Source: a virus. Taken from it: a stretch of 32,098 nt of DNA. Positions 1 through 9,284 of this stretch are shown piece by piece. The stretch is from IMG/VR virus record IMGVR_UViG_3300045988_100140, positions 1-32,098 of that record; one strand, written 5' to 3'. How positions within the stretch are numbered: the stretch's first letter is position 1; each line of letters begins with the position of its first letter. A program made the translations under genes and the position numbers. The notes below the pieces were generated by a model. It was given only the letters and a program-made list of their open reading frames with translations, was not told where the DNA came from and searched no databases.

Positions 1-55
1 TAACAGCAGAGGGCAAAGTCGAACAGGCTTTGTCCTCTCTGTTTTGGCAAAAGTC
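1..55. repeat. Terminal direct repeat, left copy (identical to 32044..32098)
   Basis: taacagcagagggcaaagtcgaacaggctttgtcctctctgttttggcaaaagtc occurs exactly at both window ends. Confidence 0.95.
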
Positions 56-113
56 CGAGAGTTACATTGAAGATCAGCAATGTAACCAAGTCATTTATGA
101 AATCGAGGTGTAA
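3..113 (+). CDS. C-terminal part (36 codons plus TAA) of the wrap-around gene that starts at 31851; putative tail terminator / tail completion protein
   Basis: The frame is continuous with 31851..32098 through the 55-nt repeat (...LTAEGKVEQALSSLFWQKSESYIEDQQCNQVIYEIEV*). The stop is 2 nt before the major tail gene. Confidence 0.7.
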   Translation, partial: TAEGKVEQALSSLFWQKSESYIEDQQCNQVIYEIEV

Positions 114-115
114 CA

Positions 116-676
116 ATGGCTGATAAAGTTAAATTTGGTATCTCGAATGTCCATTACGCAGTGCTCGACACCGATGGGAACACCTACGGCACACCTGTAG
201 CAATCCCCGGCGCTGTGAGCCTGTCTATGGAACCTTCCGGCGATACCACTCCGTTTTATGCGGATAATATCCAGTATTTCGTAGCCGTCGCCAATAGCGG
301 CTATACCGGAGACCTTGAGGTTGCGATCTTCCCGGATTCGTTCCTCACGGATATTTTTGGCTACACGCAGGACACCATCAGCAAGGTGATGATCGAGAAC
401 GCCAATGTACAGCCCAAGCCTTTCGCGTTGCTGTTCCAGGAGGAGGGTGACGCCAATGGCACCAAGTTTGTGCTATATAACTGCACCTGCACCCGTCCCT
501 CTCGTGAGCTGAATACCACTACGGAGAGCGTGGAGCCTCAGACACAGACCGTCAGCATCACCGCTTCTCCGCTGTCTAACGGCAACTCTCTTGCCTACAC
601 CACGGCGGAGACCCCTGCAGAGACACTCAACGGCTGGTACAAAACCGTATTCCAGCCTGCACAGGTGGGGGGCTGA
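116..676 (+). CDS. Major tail protein (phi13-like family by eye)
   Basis: 186 aa, starting MADKVKFGISNVHYAVLDTDG.... A gaggtg SD lies upstream. The gene sits between the head-tail joining genes and the chaperone/tape-measure genes. Confidence 0.85.
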   Translation: MADKVKFGISNVHYAVLDTDGNTYGTPVAIPGAVSLSMEPSGDTTPFYADNIQYFVAVANSGYTGDLEVAIFPDSFLTDIFGYTQDTISKVMIENANVQPKPFALLFQEEGDANGTKFVLYNCTCTRPSRELNTTTESVEPQTQTVSITASPLSNGNSLAYTTAETPAETLNGWYKTVFQPAQVGG

Positions 677-677
677 T

Positions 678-1019
678 ATGAACAAGATCATCGAAATCGA
701 TGGCAAAAGCGTGGGGCTTTGCGCAAATGCGCTGACCCCTCGCATCTATCGGCACAAGATCGGGCGGGATATCGTCCGAGATCTGCAAAAGCTGCAGGCG
801 GCGGCAACCTCGGAAGATGGTAGCTTTTCCGTGAGCGACCTTGAAATCTTCGAGGATGTCGCTTTTATTATGGCGCGGCAGTACGACGCAAGTATCCCGG
901 ACAATGTTGATGAGTGGCTTGAGCAATTTGAGATGTTCTCGATCTACAAGGTGCTGCCCGCCATCTTGGAGCTGTGGAGCCTTAACAATAAGACTACCGC
1001 AATACCAAAAAAAAAATAA
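678..1019 (+). CDS. Tail assembly chaperone (G-like, short product)
   Basis: ATG at 678 follows the major tail stop directly (MNKIIEIDGKSVGL...). It is a small acidic protein directly upstream of the tape measure and ends ...IPKKK* in an A10 run. The 591 start in the ORF track overlaps the major tail gene and is unlikely. Confidence 0.8.
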   Translation: MNKIIEIDGKSVGLCANALTPRIYRHKIGRDIVRDLQKLQAAATSEDGSFSVSDLEIFEDVAFIMARQYDASIPDNVDEWLEQFEMFSIYKVLPAILELWSLNNKTTAIPKKK

Positions 1020-1225
1020 AACAAACGGTGCGTGAACCCACCGGGTCTACCTTTATGCTCCGCTGCGCTGAATTGGGTTTGACCGATGAAGCGCTGTCGG
1101 ATATGACCTGCGGCATGGTCTACGATTTGATGATCGAAAAGGCCAATGACGCAGAACAATATGCCATAAAGGGCAGGCCCGGCGGCTTGCGCGATTTCTT
1201 CGCAGGAGGTGGTAAGATTGGCTGA
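678..1225 (+). CDS. Tail assembly chaperone, -1 frameshift fusion product (GT-like)
   Basis: Frame 0 (678..1016) joins the -1 frame (1016..1225; ...KIKQTVREPTGSTFMLRCAELGLTDEALSDM...). This matches the conserved G/GT arrangement upstream of siphovirus tape-measure genes. Confidence 0.6.
1007..1016 (+). promoter_or_regulatory. Slippery A10 run (A AAA AAA heptamer) for a programmed -1 frameshift of the tail chaperone
   Basis: cca aaa aaa aaa taa in frame 0. The -1 frame stays open from the run (aaa ata aaa caa acg gtg...) to 1225. Confidence 0.6.
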
Positions 1226-3560
1226 AAATGTTAAAGGCATTGTTGTTGAGATCGGCGGCGATACTAAAGGATTATCCAAGGCCATTAGTGAGCTGAATGG
1301 CGAAATCCGCGGTACGCAGACCGAGCTTGACAAAGTCAATCGCCTGCTGAAACTTGATCCTACCAATATAGACCTGCTCAAGCAGAAAGAGCAGCTCCTT
1401 GGGGATCAGATTAAGAAAACAGAAAACAAGGTTGAAAGTCTCCGCAATGCCAAAAAACAGGCAGACGCCGAAATGGCAAGCGGGACGGAAGTAAACCAAA
1501 AGCAATACCGTGAGCTGGTAAGAGAGCTTGAAAGCGCCGAATTGAAGCTGAAAAGCCTGCAATCAGAAGCGTCAAAGAGCCATGCATCGCTGGCGCATGT
1601 TTCTACCATAACCGGAGAAATATCCAGTAAGGCGGGGAGCGTAGCCAAGAGTTTTGCGCCGATTTCCGTGGCACTCGCCGGTGTCGGCGTTGCTGCCGGT
1701 AAAGCGTCTATTGAGTTTGAAAGTGCTTTTGCTGGCGTCGAAAAAACCGTTGACGGAACCGAGGAACAGCTTGCGGCGCTCCGGCAGGGCATCTTGGACA
1801 TGGCTGAAGAAATACCCGCATCGACCACCGAGATCGCAGCGGTTGCGGAAGCAGCTGGACAGTTGGGCATTGCCACTGATGATGTGCTTGACTTCACCCG
1901 CGTTATGATCGATTTGGGTGAAGCAACCAACCTCTCATCTGACGAGGCTGCATCGTCTCTTGCCAAGTTTGCCAATATTACTGGAACCACTGCTGACGAG
2001 TATTCCCGACTTGGCAGCACAATTGTTGACCTCGGCAATAACTTTGCCACAACCGAGCGGGATATCGTGGAAATGGGAACCCGTCTTGCATCTGCCGGAA
2101 CCATAGCCGGATTGTCAGAACAGGATATCCTCGCTCTATCAACGGCGATGTCCTCCGTTGGAATTCAAGCCGAGGCTGGCGGTACAGCAATGACCCAAAC
2201 GCTGTCTGCCATCAGCAAGGCCGTTTCCGATGGCGGAGACGATCTTAAGACATTTGCTAAAATCGCCGGAGTTTCCGCAGATGAATTCGCTAAAATGTGG
2301 AGCGACGACCCCATTAAAGCTATCCAAGGATTTATCGGTGGACTGGGCGACATGAACGCCAACGGCGAAGATGTGCTTTCTGTGTTGGACGAGCTGGGTC
2401 TTTCCGGAATTCGACAATCCAACATGCTGCAGTCTCTTGCTTTAGCATCTGGGGTGCTCGGCGACGCCGTTACTACAGCAAATAACGCGTGGGAAGAAAA
2501 TGTTGCGCTATCCAACGAAGCAAGCAAGCGTTACGAAACGACAGAAAGCCAAATGAAGATCCTGCGGAACGGGCTTAACAACCTGGCTATCTCAATCGGG
2601 GATATCCTACTGCCGATTATCAACAAAATCGTCGGCGGGTTGCAAAATGCAATCAACTGGTTTTCCAACCTCGATAGTAGCACCAAAAAGACAATCCTTG
2701 TCATTGGCGGCCTTATCGCTGCTATTTCCCCGGTTGCCGGAATAATATCCGGTATAGCCGGAGCAATAAGCAAACTGACCGGGACTGTAATACCTGCGCT
2801 GACCAATGCCATCAACTTTTTGATAGCCAACCCAATAGTGCTGATCATCGCTGCGATCGTTGGGCTGGTTGCGTTAATTGCAACAAAGGGTGACGAAATA
2901 CAGGCAATCTTGCAGAAAGTTGATGATTTCCTGCAGAGCGTATTCACAACCGACTGGACGCAATCTTTCGGAATTCTCGGCAATATCCTTAATGCGTTTT
3001 TTACAACCGTAAAAAGTGTTTGGGACAGCATCAAGGCGGTCTTTGATGGCATCATCGATTTTATCCGCGGCGTTTTTACCGGAGATTGGGAAAGAGCGTG
3101 GAAAGGCGTTCAGGAGATTTTTGCAGGGCTATTTAAGGGATTGGTTGCCATTGCAAAAGCACCGCTTAACGGAATCATCGCCCTGATCAATATGGTTATT
3201 GATGCAATCAACTGGATGATAAACGGGATAAACTCTATTAGCTTTACCGTGCCAGATTGGGTGCCGGTCTTGGGCGGAAAGACGCTTGGATTTAATATTC
3301 CCAACATTGGAAAGCTCGCGTATCTTGCCAAAGGCGGTATCCTTTCCTCCGGAAGCGCCATTGTTGGCGAAGCCGGTCCGGAACTGCTCACCATGGCGGG
3401 CGGTCGTGCCCATGTTATGCCGCTGAATGGCGACGCAGGAAAAGGCGGAATTACCATCGAGATGAACAACACTTTTAATGGCTACGACAGCGCAGCCGGT
3501 GAAGCTGCTGCTCGTAACTTAGTGCAGGCAGTAAATCGTGCGCTTGGGAGGGCTTATTGA
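1209..3560 (+). CDS. Tail tape measure protein
   Basis: 783 aa with a coiled-coil N-terminus, a TP901-type TMP core by eye (...EIAAVAEAAGQLGIATDD...), and Gly/Ile-rich hydrophobic segments. AGGAGG at 1204..1209 fits a TTG start at 1218 better than the GTG at 1209. Confidence 0.9.
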   Translation: MVRLAENVKGIVVEIGGDTKGLSKAISELNGEIRGTQTELDKVNRLLKLDPTNIDLLKQKEQLLGDQIKKTENKVESLRNAKKQADAEMASGTEVNQKQYRELVRELESAELKLKSLQSEASKSHASLAHVSTITGEISSKAGSVAKSFAPISVALAGVGVAAGKASIEFESAFAGVEKTVDGTEEQLAALRQGILDMAEEIPASTTEIAAVAEAAGQLGIATDDVLDFTRVMIDLGEATNLSSDEAASSLAKFANITGTTADEYSRLGSTIVDLGNNFATTERDIVEMGTRLASAGTIAGLSEQDILALSTAMSSVGIQAEAGGTAMTQTLSAISKAVSDGGDDLKTFAKIAGVSADEFAKMWSDDPIKAIQGFIGGLGDMNANGEDVLSVLDELGLSGIRQSNMLQSLALASGVLGDAVTTANNAWEENVALSNEASKRYETTESQMKILRNGLNNLAISIGDILLPIINKIVGGLQNAINWFSNLDSSTKKTILVIGGLIAAISPVAGIISGIAGAISKLTGTVIPALTNAINFLIANPIVLIIAAIVGLVALIATKGDEIQAILQKVDDFLQSVFTTDWTQSFGILGNILNAFFTTVKSVWDSIKAVFDGIIDFIRGVFTGDWERAWKGVQEIFAGLFKGLVAIAKAPLNGIIALINMVIDAINWMINGINSISFTVPDWVPVLGGKTLGFNIPNIGKLAYLAKGGILSSGSAIVGEAGPELLTMAGGRAHVMPLNGDAGKGGITIEMNNTFNGYDSAAGEAAARNLVQAVNRALGRAY

Positions 3561-4381
3561 TGAGAAAATTTAAGCTCCAAAACAACGTAGGCGCCGAGTG
3601 GGATTTGATGGACAAGGCGGCGTATTTCAACGTACCCGACGGCTTGGGGTTTGAAAAAGAGATCTCTGCAATGCAAGCGGGGTACTCTTGGCTGATTACC
3701 GAGGACTATTTGGGGCAGAAATCAATAAGCGGAGAAATGGTGTTCTTTTCGTATGAAAAATACCAGTCTTTCATATCGTTTGTGACAAAAGACCCGCTTA
3801 CCCTTCTCTACTCCCCTGTTTCAAAATGGTATCGGATAAACTGCAAGGTTCAGATTGCGCAAAAATCGGAATTCAAATCCGGCTATCTTTCCGTTCCTAT
3901 AACATTCCTTTGCCTTGGGACATGGCATGAAGCAATCGTCGTTTCGCAAGCTCAGCCACCAAGCGAGAATTTGAAAAAGTACAGCTACACTTACCCATAC
4001 ATTTATGCCGAAACGGCGGCGGGGACAGCGAGAATTAAAAATGGTGATTTGGTTTCCCCCTGTAAGATCCATATTTTCGGGCCCGTCACAAATCCGAATT
4101 GGGTGCTTACACAGGGCGGGAAGCGCCTGCTTACCGGTCGGGTGGTCGCCGCAATTCCGGCAGGGAATAAAATCGTTATAGATGCTGATCCGGCAACGAT
4201 GGAGATAGCCGAATACTCCGTATCGGGAGAATTTGTTCAAAACCTCTATCAAAGCAGCGACTTTTCGACAGCTCGTTTTATCTATGCGCCAGCCGGAGAA
4301 AGCACCCTCGCTTTTTCCCACGAGGGAACTGCCGACATCTCGGCATCTGTGGAGGTGGAGAAACTTGCATACTCTGTATAA
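3557..4381 (+). CDS. Distal tail protein (Dit) / siphovirus tail component
   Basis: 274 aa. The ATG overlaps the TMP stop, and the gene is the first after the TMP. MMRKFKLQNNVGAEWDLMD... resembles phage tail family proteins. Confidence 0.75.
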   Translation: MMRKFKLQNNVGAEWDLMDKAAYFNVPDGLGFEKEISAMQAGYSWLITEDYLGQKSISGEMVFFSYEKYQSFISFVTKDPLTLLYSPVSKWYRINCKVQIAQKSEFKSGYLSVPITFLCLGTWHEAIVVSQAQPPSENLKKYSYTYPYIYAETAAGTARIKNGDLVSPCKIHIFGPVTNPNWVLTQGGKRLLTGRVVAAIPAGNKIVIDADPATMEIAEYSVSGEFVQNLYQSSDFSTARFIYAPAGESTLAFSHEGTADISASVEVEKLAYSV

Positions 4382-5402
4382 ATGCGAAGTTTTTGCGAGA
4401 GACTACACTTTCCGAAGCTTCGCCCCGATAGAAAGTCCGGAGATCCAGTTTGACTACTTGACGCTTGAAAAAACGAGTATCAAGGCTGTTAAAATAGACG
4501 CCAAAAAGGGAGACTTTTTAAGCGTCAGCGACCAAAATGGGAAAGTTGTCTATCAAGGAATAGTGGACGATGTTAATTATGACAAAAGTGGCGTAACCAT
4601 TGCGGCGCAGCCGCTCTTGTCTATTTTTGACGCAGATGTGTATTTTCAGAGGTCGCAGTCCTCAAAGATCGAACAGTTTATCGCTGGAATCATTACAGAT
4701 AACTTTGTAAGCAGCGACGACAATCTCCAAAATATCAGCGGCCTGTCGGTAACGACGACTACAGAAACGAGCGGAGCGCTTAACCTCAAGGATAATATCC
4801 ACAATTTATACGAGATAATCACCAAGGCGCTGACCGCTTACGGCATTGTTGTATCTGTCAGCCTTGACCCGCAGAAAAAGACCTTGATCACCACCGTCGG
4901 GAAGATATCAACAGAGGCTGTTGTCGAAGCTGACCTAAAGTCTGTGATCGAGAAGAATATCATCATCGGTGACAGCTATGGACAGCTGAACAAGGTCATT
5001 ATCTACAACAAGGCCGATGAAACTCAAAAGGTCACTTATTATCTGCACCCAGATGGGAAAATTGACACAGAGGATACAGAAAGAATAACCCCTGTGTTTT
5101 TTGCAAACCAATTTCTTGAAACGGACGGAGAATTTGCCACCGCAGCTTATCAAAAAGCCTATGATGCTTTATCTCCGCAAAAGTACGACAACATGATAGA
5201 GATCACCGTTCGGAATGATTGCTCCGTGATAGATGCCTATATGGAGATCGGCACAGAAGTAACCGTTTTAGACGAAGATAAATCATACGGAACGATACTG
5301 ACAGGGATTGCCCGGACAAGCGAGACAACAAAGCTGACCTTTGGTGTTGTCCGAGCTGATTTGACAAAAATACTGATATTAGAGAGGAGGTCAACCACTT
5401 GA
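4365..5402 (+). CDS. Tail protein, Gp37-like / Tal-equivalent baseplate hub
   Basis: TTG at 4365 follows ggaggtggag (MHTLYKCEVFARDYTF...). The ORF-track start at 4233 would overlap Dit by about 150 nt. It is the second gene after the TMP. Confidence 0.6.
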   Translation: MHTLYKCEVFARDYTFRSFAPIESPEIQFDYLTLEKTSIKAVKIDAKKGDFLSVSDQNGKVVYQGIVDDVNYDKSGVTIAAQPLLSIFDADVYFQRSQSSKIEQFIAGIITDNFVSSDDNLQNISGLSVTTTTETSGALNLKDNIHNLYEIITKALTAYGIVVSVSLDPQKKTLITTVGKISTEAVVEADLKSVIEKNIIIGDSYGQLNKVIIYNKADETQKVTYYLHPDGKIDTEDTERITPVFFANQFLETDGEFATAAYQKAYDALSPQKYDNMIEITVRNDCSVIDAYMEIGTEVTVLDEDKSYGTILTGIARTSETTKLTFGVVRADLTKILILERRSTT

Positions 5403-7006
5403 TAACCCTTTTACAATACAATGGATCAACAATAACTCCGACAGATGATGCTTATTTTTACGATAAAATGGTCAACGACAGCGGTATCTTTGAAGGCGTT
5501 ACCGTAACATCGCAGGGCGGCAATATCCTCAACATTTCTGACGGTAGAGGAATTATCCTCGGTAGAAACTTCGTCGTTGAGGAACAGACTGTAAATGCAA
5601 CGCTTCCGGGCTCTGCCTCGGTTACAGGGCGCTTGTTAATTCAAATCGACATGTCCGCAACCGATGCACCGATCTCTTTTGTAACGCAAGCGGCGTCCCC
5701 GCTTCCGACCCTCGTACAGGAGGATATCAATGCTGGGGGAACGATCTATCAGCTGCCGATTGCTACATATACAGCGGAACCTACGCTGATAAGCAATCTG
5801 AAAAATATAGCCCATAAAGTCATATCGAATGCGACAGAGATATCAACTCTCCAGCTGACAGCTTCCGGTTGGTCTGGGGCGGAAAGCCCATATACTCAAT
5901 CGGTAAGTATTCCTTCGGCGACGGAGTACAGCAAGGTCGATATCCAAATGGACTACACAGCCATTGATATTATGCTGGACAGCGGAACTGCTGCAATTTA
6001 CATTTCCAACACAAATGGCGCTCTTACTGCTTATGCTGTTGGGGAAAAGCCAATCTCCGACATGAACGTTCAAGTAACTATTAGTTCATCAATTAAAAGT
6101 GGAAAAGATCCCCCTAAAAATAGTGCATCAGGAAAAATCGAACTCCATTCCGAATTAACCGGTCAAAGTGTAAAGCCGGTAGAATCCGAATCAAAAAGCG
6201 GGATAGCTTTTTCAAATTCGGCAATGGTCGATAAGGTCAGCCCCAAAAATGGGGAATGCAAAAGAGTAGCTGATATTAGAACCGATGCATCTCCGGAAAG
6301 TGCCTCTTGTGTTGAAAGCTCTGCAAGACAGTTAGCGGTTATCGAAAGCGAGGCGAACGGTGTCGGCGTCACCGTCAACAAGCAAGAACCAAAAGAACAT
6401 ATTGAGATTACAAAGCCCAGCCCAAACGGAACAGAAATAATCCTCAACCCGAATAAGACCGGCGAGAAATTTGACCTGTTCCAATCGGTACCTACCGGTC
6501 ATGATGTGGTGCTTAATCCTATCCTGTTCGCAGAGGGACTTGCCCTTGCGCTTCCTGTTCCGCCGGGGACAGCAGCAATCGTTAACAAGATAACCGGTTC
6601 GGAAAGTGTTAAATTGGTTCAGCCAATCCCGACAGGTGATGATGTCCTGCTGATGAACGGTTCGGCTGCACATTCTGCCTCCGTAAAAAATAGCGGAAAG
6701 GCAAGCATCGGTGACTGCGTTGGTGGGAAATCTGACGGTGCGGTTTCTGCTAAAAACTCTGCAATCCCGGAAACCTTATCTTCTGTCTCAGCAAGCCAGA
6801 TGTCCGCACTAAAAGCGGTATCTGACATGCAGCCGCAGCAGATCGGGCTTGTGGATATGCTTAGCATTTTGGGCATGAAAATGCTTTGGAAAGCAGAAGC
6901 TGCAGCGGTTATCCCATGGGAATATCCTGTCCAGAATGGTGATGTTCTTTCCGTTACTCAAGTTTATAGCGCAATTCAAAACGACGCAGTATTGGAGGTG
7001 ACTTAA
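5399..7006 (+). CDS. Tail fibre / receptor-binding module protein with a periodic Gly-containing C-terminal half
   Basis: 535 aa. TTG start follows gagaggagg and overlaps the previous stop. The N-terminal domain is typical of Firmicutes prophage tail proteins by eye. The C-terminal half is Ser/Gly/Pro-rich and repetitive. Confidence 0.6.
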   Translation: MITLLQYNGSTITPTDDAYFYDKMVNDSGIFEGVTVTSQGGNILNISDGRGIILGRNFVVEEQTVNATLPGSASVTGRLLIQIDMSATDAPISFVTQAASPLPTLVQEDINAGGTIYQLPIATYTAEPTLISNLKNIAHKVISNATEISTLQLTASGWSGAESPYTQSVSIPSATEYSKVDIQMDYTAIDIMLDSGTAAIYISNTNGALTAYAVGEKPISDMNVQVTISSSIKSGKDPPKNSASGKIELHSELTGQSVKPVESESKSGIAFSNSAMVDKVSPKNGECKRVADIRTDASPESASCVESSARQLAVIESEANGVGVTVNKQEPKEHIEITKPSPNGTEIILNPNKTGEKFDLFQSVPTGHDVVLNPILFAEGLALALPVPPGTAAIVNKITGSESVKLVQPIPTGDDVLLMNGSAAHSASVKNSGKASIGDCVGGKSDGAVSAKNSAIPETLSSVSASQMSALKAVSDMQPQQIGLVDMLSILGMKMLWKAEAAAVIPWEYPVQNGDVLSVTQVYSAIQNDAVLEVT

Positions 7007-9267
7007 TGGCAGACGTCAAGTTAAAAGATATTGGCGGTGAAGAAAAGACATACAGCGGTGTCAAACATATCAAGGTGCCAAGCAGCACAGGTGAACATGT
7101 CGAATTTGATTTGGAGCCAACGCTGCAGGAAAAATCTATTGAGAACAAGAAAAACGGAGTAACAGAGGTATCCGCAGATACAGGGTATGACGGGCTTTCA
7201 AAAGTCACGGTAAAAACATCAGTCCCGCCGACCATGCAGGACTATCGTTTCCTTACCCCCTCCCGACAGCCGCAGAAAAGTGACTGGGAAGATGGTGCTG
7301 CAAGCTACCCGCTGTTCTATTCGACCGCAAACGATACCGGCGATATTCTGAACGGATTGTTAGGCGCTGTCGGATTTGTGGACGGACAGCCTCCAGTTGT
7401 CAGTATTGCAAACTTCGGCGGCTTTACTCCGACCGGGATCCCTTCCGACGCACGGCCTTTTTATTCGTGGCAGGAGCTGAACGCTGAACAGTTGTCAGCA
7501 TATCAGTTCGGAGCGCTTTCCTATACCTATGCCGATACCGCAGTTCTTCCGGTCGGTTGGTCTTATCCCGTATCGGGAGAGGGCGGTAAGATCGCCTCGT
7601 TTATATCCATCGACACCGATACTGCCAGACTGCCGATCGGCTCTGATGTTTATGACAGCGAACATTTCAATAATTATTTCTATGAGCTTTTCACGCTGGC
7701 GAGCATCAAGGACAAAGCCGTTTCGGTCACACAAAACGGGACGACCACCATCAGGGCAGATCATGCCGCCCTTGGTATTCATCAGGTCGACTTGACGGTT
7801 GATTTGGCAACGGAAGAAAAAACCGTAGCATTAGACATGGGAGATGGTGATCAAGTGGTAGAGCCTTCCGATGGCAAAACGATATCCAAGTTGACAGTGG
7901 AAAAACCCGTAACACTGACCGCCGAAAATATCAAGGCTGGTGTTAATATCGGCGGAGTAGACGGAACCTACCTTGGCAGCGGCGGCAGTGGTGTACAGCC
8001 GGACTGGTTACAGAATGATGCCGCAGCAGCGGACTATGTAAAGAACCGTCCGGGTGGGTATTACGGAACCGAGCTTGCGGCTATTTCAATCAGCTTTGAT
8101 GGTGATACAACCGGCAAAAGCACAGCGACGCTTGGCGACACCCCATTTGTAAAGGTCTCCGATGATATCATCATCTTCAAAGAGCAGCTATTAGGCGGAA
8201 CGCTGTCTATGATGCAGTCGGGAAAACAGCTTACTATTACCATAAGCGAAGACCAGATGGCAGAAGTAGAAGTTTTGCCGGATGGTATTATGCTTGCTGG
8301 CGCAGCGATTTCCCTAAACAAGGATCTTACGGTAGACGAAACAACTACACTGACAAAGGGCACATGGTTTGCGCGTTTCTCGGATACAACCTATGTTTCT
8401 GGTCTCAATACCCCATCATACAAGCCTGTTTTCCGCTTCAGTAAGGATTTTATTCCTTATACCACGCCAAACTGGACGCAGAACAATCCTGACGCCGAAA
8501 GCTATATCAAGAACAGACCCGGCGGGTACTATTTTGGCAACGGTCTGTCGTCACAAACCTTTGAATACGATGGAAACAAAGAGGGGAAAACGACCGATGG
8601 CAATTATGTACTGGTAGATGGCACTGTTGGGGTAAGCTCCGGGGCGCTTTTGTATCAGCAGTTCGTTGGTGCTGAGATCACAATAAACAATAATGGAGAG
8701 CTTTCAACAGAAAAGGTGCATTGCAGCAGTCATTGGAGTTCTACAATATTTTTTGAGGGAGACGGGACCTTCTCACAAGCGATTGAATGGAATGACGCCG
8801 GACTTTGGTTCAAAGACACTCGGAACGCCGAGGGACAAGGGAAATATGTTTCGAAGCTGGTGCTTCAAAGCAGCGGTAATGATGCTCAGTTCCCGGAATA
8901 CTACCTTACCGATGAAGTGGTCAAGGTGCGAAATACTTGGTTGAATTATATTTTGACCGATGCTCAAAAGAAATTCACAAGTGACAGCATCGGCGCTGTC
9001 TCGTTCTACGGTAGCGGGTTGCATTCGGATTCTGAAAAAGAGACCGCCAGAAACAGCATTGAAACCCCAAAAGGGGGCGGGAGAGCACTATGTACGAGAC
9101 CCGGTGACGGAGGGTTTACAAATGGAGAAAGAGCTGTTCTTCGATCGTATATTGAAGTACCGGAGGGTGATAAAAACTCTGTCATACTGTATTCTGCGTC
9201 CAATAAAAAATACAAAATAACAGTTGATGACAATGGTAACATTACAGCAACTGAAGTAACACAGTAA
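7006..9267 (+). CDS. Tail fibre protein
   Basis: 753 aa. It carries two copies of the motif W-x-QN-x(6)-Y(V/I)KNRPGGYY. The C-terminus (...KKYKITVDDNGNITATEV) is typical of phage fibre tips. Confidence 0.7.
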   Translation: MADVKLKDIGGEEKTYSGVKHIKVPSSTGEHVEFDLEPTLQEKSIENKKNGVTEVSADTGYDGLSKVTVKTSVPPTMQDYRFLTPSRQPQKSDWEDGAASYPLFYSTANDTGDILNGLLGAVGFVDGQPPVVSIANFGGFTPTGIPSDARPFYSWQELNAEQLSAYQFGALSYTYADTAVLPVGWSYPVSGEGGKIASFISIDTDTARLPIGSDVYDSEHFNNYFYELFTLASIKDKAVSVTQNGTTTIRADHAALGIHQVDLTVDLATEEKTVALDMGDGDQVVEPSDGKTISKLTVEKPVTLTAENIKAGVNIGGVDGTYLGSGGSGVQPDWLQNDAAAADYVKNRPGGYYGTELAAISISFDGDTTGKSTATLGDTPFVKVSDDIIIFKEQLLGGTLSMMQSGKQLTITISEDQMAEVEVLPDGIMLAGAAISLNKDLTVDETTTLTKGTWFARFSDTTYVSGLNTPSYKPVFRFSKDFIPYTTPNWTQNNPDAESYIKNRPGGYYFGNGLSSQTFEYDGNKEGKTTDGNYVLVDGTVGVSSGALLYQQFVGAEITINNNGELSTEKVHCSSHWSSTIFFEGDGTFSQAIEWNDAGLWFKDTRNAEGQGKYVSKLVLQSSGNDAQFPEYYLTDEVVKVRNTWLNYILTDAQKKFTSDSIGAVSFYGSGLHSDSEKETARNSIETPKGGGRALCTRPGDGGFTNGERAVLRSYIEVPEGDKNSVILYSASNKKYKITVDDNGNITATEVTQ

Positions 9268-9284
9268 GAAAGTGAGGATTTACT

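Noticed and set aside
1-55. Biological direct terminal repeats (DTR) of the virion DNA
   Set aside because: The repeat lies within a tail gene, far from the HNH/terminase cos region. Its 55-nt length is typical of an assembler k-mer overlap on circular contigs.
591-677. N-terminal extension of the tail chaperone ORF
   Set aside because: It overlaps the 3' end of the major tail gene in another frame. The ATG at 678 sits immediately after that gene's stop.
1406-3055. Minus-strand ORFs (1406..2104, 2531..3055 and others) inside the tape-measure gene
   Set aside because: They overlap a confident 783-aa TMP on the opposite strand, have no ribosome-binding sites, and their translations look like antisense artefacts.
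4233-4364. N-terminal extension of the Tal-like ORF
   Set aside because: It overlaps the Dit gene by about 150 nt with implausible sequence. A TTG at 4365 with a ggaggtggag SD gives a conventional junction.
5399-9267. Diversity-generating retroelement targeting the tail fibres
   Set aside because: No reverse transcriptase gene and no template/variable repeat pair could be found anywhere in the window.
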